Source: Prorocentrum cordatum (taxonomy: Eukaryota). From it: 53,375 nt of DNA. The DNA lies in the NCBI GenBank assembly GCA_963575745.1, contig CAUYUJ010000322.1, positions 62,001 to 115,375 of the forward strand, given 5' to 3'. Each line of letters opens with the position of its first letter. Position 1 is the first letter of the stretch. The notes beneath the pieces were generated by a model. That model saw only the letters and a list, made by a program, of their open reading frames with translations, made no database searches and was not told the DNA's origin. Shown here piece by piece: positions 12,661-23,225 of this stretch. The position numbers and the translations under genes were made by a program.

Positions 12661-14610
12661 CCGAGGTTGACGGTTTACCGCTGGCTCCCAGTAACTCGTA
12701 GAGTTTCCCGTAGCTCGTTGCTGGAAGCTTAAGAGTATTTCCGGGGCGCCGGAGAGCTAGTTCGCAAGAAAAATCTCGACAGACCTTTTGCTAACTTTTG
12801 GTCGGTTGAAAATTTTGTTCTCGAAATTCAACAATTCGTTTGAGCTCTAGTATTTTTCCCCGTTATATTCGATCTTATTCCTGCTCGCCGTCTTGATCTC
12901 AGCTCGATCGGGTACCCTTTACTGCCAAAAAGCACTGCGGCGGGATCGGCCTTTTCAGTCATCCCGACAGGCGTTGTCGGTTTTTTGTGCTTAACTCGAG
13001 ATTTAGGAAAGCTACAGAGCTGATAGTCGCAGAAACCGATTCAAAATCATCAGACGCGTTCGTCTGTTGAACCGAGAGGTCTGAACTCGGTCTGCTACTC
13101 GAGCTAGGTCCGCGAAACTATTCGTATTATTCGAGTCATCTCGACAGGTTCTGTCGGTTTTGAGGTCTGAACTCGGTCTGCTACTCGAGCTAGGTCTGCA
13201 AATTTATTCGTATCATTCGAGTCATCTTGACAGGTGCTGTCGGTTTTCTGTACTCAACTGTAGGACAATGACAGAGCTGGTACGCACAGAAGCCGATTCA
13301 GAATCATCAGGCGCGTCTGTCGCTAGCATGTAGAGGTCTGAACTCGGTCTTCTACTCGAGCTAGGTCCGCGAAGTATTCGAATTCTACGAAATTTGTTGA
13401 CGGATGCTGCCGATTTTCGGTACTTAACTCGAACTGTAGAAGAGCTACAGAGCTGATGCGCATATGTAACGGATTTAGAATCATCGTGCGCGTTCGTCTG
13501 TTGCATCCAGAGGTCTGAACTCGGTCTGCTACTCGAGCTAGGCTGCGAAACTATTCGTATTCTTCGAGTCATCTCGACAGGTGCTGTCGGTTTTCTGTAC
13601 ATAACTCGGGCTGTAGGGAATCTTCAGAGCTGGTACTCACAGGAACCGATTCATCAGGCGCGTCTGTCTGTTGCATCCAGAGGGTAGCAATGGGAAGGAT
13701 ATTGTCAGCGGCAATGCTATCTAGCCGCCTGAGACCAGTTTGCTATCAGCTCGGGCTGAACAAATTTTCGTTCTCTGCTAATTCTTTGGACATAATGCGT
13801 GGAAAAGAAGCTCTACGAGTCTCCCGGCGGTAAGAAAGGTTGACGGTTTACCGCCGGCGCCCAGTTGGACACCCCGCCTGGACGGACAAACTTGGCGGAC
13901 GCAACTTTGTTGAAAACAAGGGCATCAATTTTTCGAGTGCCAAGCTGAGATTCGAAGCAGTCTCGTCGTATTCTGAGCCTCTCCTCAAGTGTGAAAGGTC
14001 TACGAGGGCCCCAGCGGTAACCTGGTCGACGGCTTGCCGCCGGCTCTCAGTAACTCGTAGAGCTTCCCTAAGAGCGACATAGCGAAGCTAGAGAGTAATA
14101 CCTCGTAGAGCGCTTCGGTATCAATGAGCAAGAGGAATTCCGGCGCGGGGTGCAGCTAGTGTGCCCGCCCGGCCCCGGCAGACAATGTGTGAATTTTAGG
14201 CCGATTTGCCGAGCAATTTGTGAGATGTGAGCATTCGTTTTGGGAAACTTGATTTTTATTCCCTGTTGTCGATAATCGCGCGTTTAATTGTGTAAGTGAC
14301 TAGAGCTTGCCTAAGAGCGAAGCGGCGAAGCTAGAGAGTAATTCCGGCGCGCTGGGGGGCTAGCTGGCCAAAAATATATCGACGGATGTTTCTTTGTTTT
14401 TTGACTTATGTTAAAATGATTTTGTCGAAGTCTGAGCTTTCGTTAGAGCTCCTAGTATTTTTCTCTCCATATTCGATCTTGTTCCTGCTCGCCATCTTAA
14501 TCTCAGGTCGATCGGGTGCATATGACTGTCAAAAAGCACTCAGGCGGGATCGGCTGTTCAGTGTCATCTTAGCAGGTGCTGTCGGTTTTCTTAACTTAAC
14601 TCGAGCTGCC

Positions 14611-15630
14611 TATGACACGTCATGCCACTCTCTGGGGGGAAAGGCGAGTCTGTACATATGGGGATAATGGATATAAAGAAAGCGTTTGATCATGTGACGG
14701 TTTCGCTGGTGATCCGCGCGATGGAACATCTCAGATATCCAGCAGATTTGATTATTGCACTTGTGGAGCCCATGATTGGAAACACAGCAGTTTTTGATTT
14801 CCAGGATGTGTGCAGTGAAGAGATCCTGTATAACAAGTCGGTGCGAACTGGAGGGAAAGAAGGTCCAGTACTCCTCAATATTGTGTTGGAGGCAATATGG
14901 GCCTCTATTGCTGAAACATGGGAAGCATGTAATTATGGGGTACGATTGGAAGGCGAAGGGGCACAACAGGCGCTGGTCAACCATTACATATGGGCAGATA
15001 ATGTGGTGCTGTTGGCAGCCTCGGCGAATCAGCTGAGGAATATGGTGAGTATGCTGACCGTTGCCCTCAGACGGGCTGGTATGGACTGGAAGATTGGGAG
15101 TCTGGAGTATCTGGTTTTTGGGCTGAGACAGAACCAGTGGCCACAATCATTAGTATGTGAACTGGGAGATGATATTTGTACGCGGGCTGGAGACCCCAAC
15201 CTACCTTATCAATTACGTGAGGCGGTGGTTCTGCCGAGAAAAAGTGAGTGTGACATACTGGGGGTTAATTTTGTGACGAACCCGAGGGATTTCCAAGCAT
15301 TACGGCACCGTATTGATGCAGGCAGGCGGTGTTTCTATGCTGATATTAATTTCTATCGATCACGGGCGGTGAACATGAGGGAAACAGTCAGACGGTACCA
15401 GAGCACAGTTCAACAGACTATATGCCGCGGATGTGTGGGGTGGAGCTGTAATGAACATGTACTTAACATATTGAGAAGCTTTGAAGGAATATGTCTCAAC
15501 ACAATGCGAGGATTACATAGAAACGAGACGGAAACGTGGGAGGAGTTCAGGGATCGCAGTACCAATAGATCCAGGGAGATGCGCAAAGAGGGGGGGGGTT
15601 CAAAACGTTGGTGGAGAAAGTCGTGAGATT
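14611..15630 (+). pseudogene. Non-LTR retrotransposon reverse transcriptase fragment (domains 3-7 and thumb)
   Basis: GIMDIKKAFDHV, VRTGGKEGPVLLNIVLE, HYIWADNVVLLA (14991), CDILGV. It is truncated by satellite on the 5' side and by a simple repeat on the 3' side. Confidence 0.9.
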
Positions 15631-15639
15631 TTTCACGGA

Positions 15640-16330
15640 TTCCTGGCTTCATGATTTCATTGTTTTCCCATGGTTTCTCCATGGTTTGTCCATGGCTTCC
15701 TGGTTTCATGGTTTCATGGTTTTTCCATGGTTTCCCGGTTTCACGGTTTCCTGGTTTCATTGTTTTTCCATGGTTTCACTGCGGTTTCACGGCTTCCTGG
15801 TTTCATGGTTTTTCAAAGGTTCCATGGTTTCTTGGTCTCATGGTTTTTCATTGTTTTTTCATGGTTGCGCAATGGTTTCACCATGGTGTCCTGGCCTCCT
15901 GGCTTCCTGGTTTCATGTTTTTTTTCAATGGTTTCACAATGGTTTCCTGGTTTCCTGGTTTCATGGTTTCATTGCTTTTCCATGGTTTCATATTTTCCTG
16001 GTTTCATGGGTTCCTGGTTTCGTGGTTTTTCCGTGGTTTCACCATGGTTTCCTGGTTTCCTGGTTTCACGGTTTTTCATTGGTTTCATGGTTTCCTGGTT
16101 TCCTGGTTTCCTGGTTTTTCCATGGTTTCACAATGGTTTCATAGCTTCCTGGTTTCATTGTTTCATGTTTTCCCATGGTTTTTCCATGGTTTCATGATTG
16201 CCTGGTTTCATGGTTTCATTGTTTTTCCATGGTTTCCTGGCTTCCTGGTTTCATGGTTTCATGGTTCTTCAATGGTTCCACCATGGTTTTTCAGGTTTTC
16301 ATGGTTTTTCCATGGTTACATTGTTTTTCC
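15640..16330. repeat. Degenerate 8-10-bp simple repeat (CATGGTTT / CCTGGTTT)
   Basis: Visible directly. It produces spurious FHGFLVSW-type ORFs in all frames. Confidence 0.95.
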
Positions 16331-17528
16331 AAGTGTGATGATTTCTTTTGATTGTTTCTCGCATGGCGTGGCCACGCGGCATGGCCCTGCCGACAAAGCC
16401 GCATGGCAATGCCGCGCGGTTGAATAGACCATGGTATATCCATCATATGGGCGGCGGGCCTGCGCCAAAGCGCCTGGGGGGGGGGGGGGGGGGGGGGGGC
16501 GTGCTTGTCGTCTGTTTTGCGCGCTCAGCGCTGATCTCTTTGCAGCGAGCGAATAGGTCCTTGCGCGCATGCGCAAAAAAAAGATACGATGAGCCGCGCG
16601 AGGGGGGCATGCACACGGGCCGATGCGTGGACGGGCGGGCGCCCCGGTTGGAAGGCGTCGCCGCGACGCCCCGCCACCCCTCCTTGCGTGTATATATATA
16701 TATATATATATATAAAGCACCAACTAGCTTGCTCTCGCGCGTACCCAAGTGGGAGGGAGGCGACGCCGCCGAAAGGCAAAGCGAAGACGAAGCCTGGGGC
16801 GCAGAATTAAACAAAAAGGTGCGCAGTCAGCAAGAGCAAGAGAAGAGGAAACATAACGCCGAACATCACCAGGCTCAGGCCACGCAGGGGGGGGGGGGGG
16901 GCCCTGTAATTTCGCCGCGCCTGCATGGGGGAATCATATTGGCAGCGCTCCCTTGCGTGTGTGCTTGTATGTATATATATATATATATATATGGATACGC
17001 ACTGCCCTCCTCAAGAGATAGGGGAGGGGGCGCCTGAAGAAAGAAGCGCCCGACATCTGGAGACAGTACAAGAAGGGCACCCACAACCAGAAACAAAAGC
17101 GGGCACGCGCGTGGGACGAGACGGGCTCCTTCGACCACATTCGCACGAAGAAGGTGGAGGCCCAACAGAAGGAAGAGTGGAAAAACGAGACCTCATCGTG
17201 GTTCTCCTGTTCGAAAATAAACCCTTTCTCGCCCCTAGCCAGCCGACTCGTCAGGGGGCGTGGGCGGAAACACCACAGAGAACAATTCCGCTCACGACAT
17301 CTGAAAAGACTGCCGATGCATCCATATATATATATATATATGGACGGCGGCACCCTATCGGGCGATACCGATATGAGGCCGCCGAACGTCGACATCCCGA
17401 GGTCCCGTTACATCTGAAGAGGTATGTAGCATCTTGGGCGTTTTGTGGAACACTATGTGATTACATTCGCACAAGCACAGCTCCATAACGCTTTGCGTAT
17501 AGCATGTCATCATTTTTATCTTTGGCCG

Positions 17529-18315
17529 ACCGGAGACCAGAGACCAGAGATTCGGGAAGACTCATCTCCGGTCGACCGGAGACCGGAGACCAGAGATTCC
17601 TGGGACTCATCTCCGGTCGACCGGAGACCGGAGACCAGAGATCTCCCAGGACTCATCTCCGGTCGACCGGAGACCGGAGACCAGAGATTCCTGGAGACTC
17701 ATCTCTGGTCGACCGGAGACCGGAGACTGGAGATTCCTAGAGACTCATCTCCGGTCGACCGGAGATGAGTCCTGGGAGATCTCTGGTCTCCGGTCTTCAC
17801 GGTACACAGAGCCGGAAGATTGAGTCTCCAGGTATCTCTGGTCTTCAGGTACTCATCCGAGTTAGTCCAGAGGAAAAGTACTTCAGGAATCTATTGGTGC
17901 TCCTGTTGACTGGAGATAAGCCCCTCATTTAATCTCTGGTCTACGGTTCATCGGTCGGACATTTATTCGTACTGAACAGGGCTCTGCTCAAGCGAACAGT
18001 CGGTCACAGACGAGACCTGCGCGGCTACTATGCTTTTGTCTACCGGAGACCAGAGATTCCTGGAGACTCATCTCCGGTCGACCGGAGACCGGAGACCAGA
18101 GATTCCTGGAGACTCATCTCTGGTCGACCGGAGATGAATCCTGGGAGATCTCCGGTCTCCGGTCTCCGGTCGACCGGAGATGAGTCTCCAGGAATCTCCG
18201 GTCTCCGGTCTCCGGTCGACCGGAGATGAGTCTCCAGGAATCTCTGGTCTCCGGTCTCTGGTCGACCAGAGATATGTATTCAGGAATCTCTGGTCTCCGG
18301 TCTCCGGTTGACTGT
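17529..18315. repeat. 46-bp tandem repeats containing the palindrome TCTCCGGTCGACCGGAGA, with two orientation flips
   Basis: CTCATCTC recurs at 17561, 17606, 17652, 17698 and 17744. There is a perfect 30-bp palindrome at 17742-17771 and a near-perfect one at 18111-18140. Confidence 0.92.
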
Positions 18316-18689
18316 AGATCAGCCACTCCAGAATCTCTGCGCATGGTCTCCGGTTTCTGGTTGATTTCATTCGTCATGCAGGGCTCAAGCGGACAGTCGG
18401 TCACAGACAAGACCCGCGCGGCTACTATGCCTTTGTCTGCGGACGAACGCCTCGCCGAACTGCGCCGCCCAGATGATGGCGAGTCTCGTCTCGTCACCCT
18501 GACGGCTGCCCAGTGTTCGCGCCTGAGTTGGCAACGTGCATCGGATCTTCCCCGATCGGGAAATGGTCGATCTGGCACTTCGGAGTGCGATCCCAATCGT
18601 GTTTTAAGTGTCGCTATCTGGCATTCGTTCCTCCTGGGCCCCCTCTCGATCTGATCATCCGTCCCCCGCGGTCACATCGCCTGGAGGCG

Positions 18690-21179
18690 ATGGCGTTTGC
18701 GATCAATACTGTCGGCCGTCGCTCAGCCGACCAAGGCAGGACGGTGAACCCTGAGGACGTGGAGGCCGCTCTCGACATGCCAGACTTCCTTTTCCGCCCA
18801 GTCGACCAAGTCGCCCACATGCTGAACCTGATCGACGTGGTGATGGCATGGTCGGGCAACATCGATGAGGAGACGGTCAAGGCGGCCGTGGAGAGCAGAG
18901 GGGCGCAGGCAATGGAGAACGTGCCAGATGTGCTGAAGATTCCAGCAGGAGCGCCTGCGAGCGTGAAGGCGCAGTTCGTTGTTCAGCGGGCTGGCGTTGG
19001 GCGGTACAACGTGTTGCGCCACTTCATTTTCAAGCACGGCACCAGCCTAAAGCGCGCAGACACGCGCCTGTACACCATGGGCCAGTCGGCGACGTTCCCT
19101 GCGGCCGAGGACTCCAACACTTGGGGCCAGCGGAAGAATTTCAATGCGATGCTCGACCGCTTGCCAGGATTCCAAGTGCGCCATTTCAGTGTGACCCGCA
19201 AGGAGCCCAGAGATCAGCAGGGGAAGGGCTGGGACCCCACGCCAGAAGAGATCCGCGACGGCTTCGCGTACATCCGCGAGCACTACCACGAGATTGCTGG
19301 TTCAAGCGCGATCGAAGCGCAGGAGTGGGTGCTTCTGCAGACTAAAATCCGATCGAGCGCTTGCTTTGGGTGGCCAACCAGCCAGATCGAGAAGGCGTTG
19401 GTGAACATGGACAAGGCATCAGCTTCGGCCGACGTAGACATATTCTTCCCGCTGACGTCGTACGACCTGCATCCTGTCATCCAGGAGCTTCTGCTGCCGT
19501 TGATCTACGCTTTCGCCCCGCTCTCTGGTACCATGGTGCTCGGCGCTCCCGGAGTGGGGAAGACTCCCTTGTGCCAGATTGCAGCCATGGCGTGGGGGCG
19601 GTACGTGACGCGGAGCAAAGGCATCGACAAGAAGCCTGGCTTCCGGCGGGGCAAACAGATGGACGTCTTTCGGGATAAGGCAACGCCCGTGTATGAAGGC
19701 ATCTTGCTCGACGACCCCTCTCTGGATCGCATTGACATCGAGGACCTCAAGGCCTTCGGTACAGTCCACACAGCGGGTCATTGTGACGCTCGGTATACTC
19801 CCCCTAAGTGGGCCAAGGGCCAGTTCCACGCGCTTCTCAGCAACTGCTGGTCGGAAGATGCTGAGCCGCCAGACTCGGCGGAATTCTCCATCGACCCCCA
19901 GCTGTTCATGAGAATGCTCGAGAAGCCTTTCGGCTACCTCAGCCAGTCGCACAGGCTCGCCCTCACTAAGCGGTTCGTGCTCGTTGTGGTCGGCAGGCGC
20001 GCGTTGTACGTGCGAGCGCCTAGCTCCGATGACGCCGCCCAGATCTTTAAGTTCACTCAGGGCAACGTGGCCTCTGACTTTCTGTTGCCAGACCACAAGG
20101 ACGCCCTCGCTGGCTTCTACCAGGGCATGGATCACGAGGACTGCGTGCACCCAGATTATGCGCTGCACGTCGAAAACGAATACAGTCTCGTATGCGAGGT
20201 GCAGGAGGCGGTGCGGCAGAAGACCGCAGAGGAGATCGCCTCGTGGTGGGCGAACCGCACGGCCGATCGTCTATCGTCAGCCAGTGGCGCACCACCTGCG
20301 CCATCCATCCACCATGTCCCTGCTACTGCTGGTACGCAGGCATCCGACGCTGGCGGCGTGCGCGTGCGAGCGGATGCTGACGGCCAGTATCGCTTCCGCC
20401 TGCCAGCCGCGGGATCGCTGGCACCGCCAGGCGGATCGCGCCGCGCTTTCCGATACCCTCTCTCCGCGAAGCGTGAGCGCGAGGAGTTGGATCGGACCGA
20501 CGCGCCTGGCGGCCCGAGGCCGAGGAGGGGCCTCGGCAGCGCCGCCGAGGGCGCTGCGCGGGCCAGCGCCAACGGCGCCAGATCGGCGTCGGGCGCGGGG
20601 GCGACGCCGCATGGCCTAAAGGAAGAGTTCAGCAGCCCCCCTGCGGCCCCCGCCGTGGATAGCATTGGCGGCGCTGTGATCGACGTATTGTCCAGCGGAG
20701 AGGAGGGCGACGCTCCGCCCGCGCCGCTTGCTCGCTACCCGCGGGGAGCACGCCTGTGCGACAGATCGTTTGGCTGCATCGTGTCGATGCAGTTCCGCCC
20801 CGAGAACGTGCGGCGCTACCCAGACTGCTGCATCCTGGATGCCCTGAACGCCATCGGCGTTCCCGTGCCTTACGATCACGCCGGCCCCTACACTTTGGAT
20901 GAGGCAAAATCCCTGCTCAACCCGTTCGGTCTGTCGTTGCTCCGCTCGCATCCCAGATCGGCCAGAGGTTCTCAGGCAGGACGCTACATCATCGTTTACA
21001 GCATCGCACCCAATCGTCCTGGGCACGCTGTGGGTGGCATTGTATCCAAGGGCCGCGTGCATTTCTTCGACGGTTTGCGAGAGCAGGTCCGTGCGGGCCA
21101 TTCCGCCTGGCACCGGCTGCCCGACGGCACTCCCTCGTGGATCTGTGATTGGTATCAGGTGGTCTGCTGCGTCGCATGA
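18690..21179 (+). CDS. ~830-aa protein: unknown N-terminal domain, SF3-like P-loop helicase/ATPase, low-complexity linker, C-terminal papain-like (Josephin/C39-like) cysteine protease
   Basis: Uninterrupted ORF with first ATG at 18690. Walker A GAPGVGKT (19542), Walker B ILLDD (19701), CDARY, motif C LLSN (19833), ALTKRF (~19960). The C-terminus has DCCILDALNAIG (20823), GHAVG (21021) and HFFDG (21060). Confidence 0.75.
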   Translation: MAFAINTVGRRSADQGRTVNPEDVEAALDMPDFLFRPVDQVAHMLNLIDVVMAWSGNIDEETVKAAVESRGAQAMENVPDVLKIPAGAPASVKAQFVVQRAGVGRYNVLRHFIFKHGTSLKRADTRLYTMGQSATFPAAEDSNTWGQRKNFNAMLDRLPGFQVRHFSVTRKEPRDQQGKGWDPTPEEIRDGFAYIREHYHEIAGSSAIEAQEWVLLQTKIRSSACFGWPTSQIEKALVNMDKASASADVDIFFPLTSYDLHPVIQELLLPLIYAFAPLSGTMVLGAPGVGKTPLCQIAAMAWGRYVTRSKGIDKKPGFRRGKQMDVFRDKATPVYEGILLDDPSLDRIDIEDLKAFGTVHTAGHCDARYTPPKWAKGQFHALLSNCWSEDAEPPDSAEFSIDPQLFMRMLEKPFGYLSQSHRLALTKRFVLVVVGRRALYVRAPSSDDAAQIFKFTQGNVASDFLLPDHKDALAGFYQGMDHEDCVHPDYALHVENEYSLVCEVQEAVRQKTAEEIASWWANRTADRLSSASGAPPAPSIHHVPATAGTQASDAGGVRVRADADGQYRFRLPAAGSLAPPGGSRRAFRYPLSAKREREELDRTDAPGGPRPRRGLGSAAEGAARASANGARSASGAGATPHGLKEEFSSPPAAPAVDSIGGAVIDVLSSGEEGDAPPAPLARYPRGARLCDRSFGCIVSMQFRPENVRRYPDCCILDALNAIGVPVPYDHAGPYTLDEAKSLLNPFGLSLLRSHPRSARGSQAGRYIIVYSIAPNRPGHAVGGIVSKGRVHFFDGLREQVRAGHSAWHRLPDGTPSWICDWYQVVCCVA

Positions 21180-21758
21180 CCGCGATATTTTTTTTGCGCG
21201 ATTGCCCGTTTCGCAGATGCGATAGTTTGGCGTCGAGTGCAGAATGGGCGCCGATGCTGTGCTGATGTGAGTTTCCGTTGCTGCGCAGGCTCGTGGCGCG
21301 CGTGCAGGGCGCCGAGCACGCGCCCGAGGCAGAGGAGGGTCGGCGCGGCTTGTTTCGTCTTCTTTGTTGAAAGTCAGTTCGCATGGTAGTGGCCAAAATT
21401 GATTGAGCGTGCAGTCTTTGGCAGGGGAAATGCCCGCTGAACGGGGCGCGGCGCATTTCATTTGAAGACTTCGCTGCGCTTTCCGCTGCGACGACGTGCA
21501 ATCCATCATGGGTCCGATTGTCGCGGCAGCGGCGCGCCGCGTTTCATCCGTCACTTCTGGGCGCAGCCATGGCCGCTGCAGCGCGGGCGCTCTTCTGTGC
21601 AGGCCCCTTCGCCCGTGCGCAGCGCGCGGGGGGCGCGCCCCGCCCTTGCGGCCTCGTTTGGATTGCGTGAAGGAGTGGATGTGAAAATACACGTTGCATG
21701 TGTCTTTGGGTCGCACTTTTGTTGGCCAGTCTCATGCATCGACGTTGCTGGGTTGATA

Positions 21759-21780
21759 TCCGTAGGTATTTTTGCTCAAG
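21759..21780 (+). other. Relict dinoflagellate spliced leader (DinoSL) upstream of the transposase ATG
   Basis: TCCGTAGGTATTTTTGCTCAAG matches DinoSL DCCGTAGCCATTTTGGCTCAAG at 19/22. It is in sense orientation, 21 nt before ATG 21802. Confidence 0.8.
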
Positions 21781-21801
21781 AAGAGATACCCGTTCTTTGA
21801 G

Positions 21802-21907
21802 ATGGGCAAATTTGTGCCGAAACGCGGTAGACTTCGCAATGGTTCGCTCCCGCGTCATGGACAGACTTTTTTTTTTTTTTTTTTGTTTTTTTTTGATGTT
21901 TTTTTTT

Positions 21908-21963
<56 letters not shown>

Positions 21964-23225
21964 TTTTTTTTTTTTGTTTTTTTTTCCTTTTTTGTTTTTT
22001 TTTTTTTTTTTTTTTCTTTTTTTGTTGTTTTTTTTTTTGTTTTTTTATTTTTAGACTTTGAAGCTCATCAAAAAGCCTGCGGCGCAACCGCGCTCGCGGC
22101 AGAGTGCTCGAGCGCGCGCCACTTACACGCAGTCCGCGGCCGCGGAGATCAAAGGAGATCCACGCGATCGAAAAGTCAGTAAGAATTTGGTTGACCTGGC
22201 TCGCATGACGGAAGCAGAGATTTGGAATTTCATGCTCAAGGTTGATTTCGCGAAAGATTTGCATGGGGAACGCTGTCCAGTGTGTAAGAATGGATATCTG
22301 GGTGCCAAGCAATTTCGATCTGATGGGAGTAAGCCGTTCCACCGCTGCTCGTCTTATAAATGCCAGCGCCGTGAGTTCCCATGGGGGCAATGTCCGCTTT
22401 TACACCATGGGCGACGTTCAGCTCCTCTCCAGCAGCAGCTCATGAACTTACTGTGCCTGTCCACGACGAACTCAGTGACTAGCACCATCCATTTGACGGG
22501 GCATGCGCGCAGGTCTGTCATACACACGCACGGGTTACTACAGAATGCTCGTAAGTTGTACGTGCAGCGGAAGGAGAAGACCATGACTTTTGGCAGTGAC
22601 AAAAGAGTGCCAGCAGCGAAGTGGCACGACATCGAAGTAGACGAGGCCTCTTTCGGCAAGATGCTACTCCGACCTCCACGCAGCGCGTCTGACCACTGCC
22701 TCGCATGGGAGAACTGGATCGGTATTCTGCGCCGTGGTCACCCAGGTTCTCTCATGCTCATTCGTTCGAAAAAACACGCCCACCCTGGCGAGATCGCCAG
22801 GTCCAGGACCGATCACTAAGGACCAGTGGAAATGCATAGCAAAGAAGCACTTGCAGAACCGATGTGTCGTTATACACACAGATTCAGCACGAGCATACCG
22901 TGAAACCAATATTCCGGGAACGGTGCGGGACCAAGTCGTACACCAGAAGAAACGAGTTTTTAACAACAAGACTAAGCGGTTCACGTGGACGAAGCCTAAA
23001 TACGTGGGCACTGTGCAGCACAGCGTTGATGGCAAACGATTTTGGCGCAAGTCTGGAACTCAGACAGTTGATAGCTGCTGGAGATTCCTGAAGTCTCGCA
23101 TTCACAAGAATCAATGTATGAAACCAGGCTCGCGCGCCTTTACGGTGGCAGTCAAGTCTGCACAGTACGAATATTGGACGAGAGGCATGGACCCTTGGGA
23201 GGCAATGTCTTTGCTGCTCAAATGA
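21802..23225 (+). pseudogene. IS1595/Merlin-family DDE transposase (~410 aa reconstructed), interrupted by a T-rich tract and a 1-nt frameshift
   Basis: Zn ribbon CPVC..HRCSSYKC, an HTH-like segment, IEVDEA (22631), IHTDSARAY (22871), VVH, and GTQTVDSCWRFLK (23055). Removing the 190-bp T tract and one A at ~22770 gives a single 411-codon frame. Confidence 0.85.

Larger units (their letters stand above)
4276..14610. repeat. Modular satellite complex: ~177-bp tandem units plus several longer modules in both orientations
   Basis: GAGGTCTGAACTCGGTCTGCTACTCGAGCTAGGTCCGCGAAACTATTCG recurs, e.g. at 7677, 7854 and 8030 (spacing 177 and 176). 6450-7020 repeats directly at 8150-8780 and inverted at 11320-11760. 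4380-4600 is inverted at 10830-11060. Confidence 0.95.

Noticed and set aside
4400..14600. Short ORFs in the satellite complex, and a nucleosome-related meaning for the 177-bp period
   Set aside because: The ORFs are not conserved between repeat copies. The period alone is not evidence of function.
15608..16427. Hydrophobic membrane-protein ORFs
   Set aside because: They are translations of the CATGGTTT simple repeat, open in all frames.
18379..18390. Spliced-leader relict (GGCTCAAG) upstream of the helicase ORF
   Set aside because: Only 8 nt match and it lies ~300 bp from the ATG, so it cannot be told from chance.
19047..21716. Antisense and alternate-frame ORFs over the helicase gene
   Set aside because: They are shadows of a GC-rich coding sequence and show no motifs.
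22760..22780. Programmed ribosomal frameshift in the transposase
   Set aside because: The join needs +1 at an A6 run, not the usual -1 slippery heptamer. A homopolymer indel is the simpler explanation.
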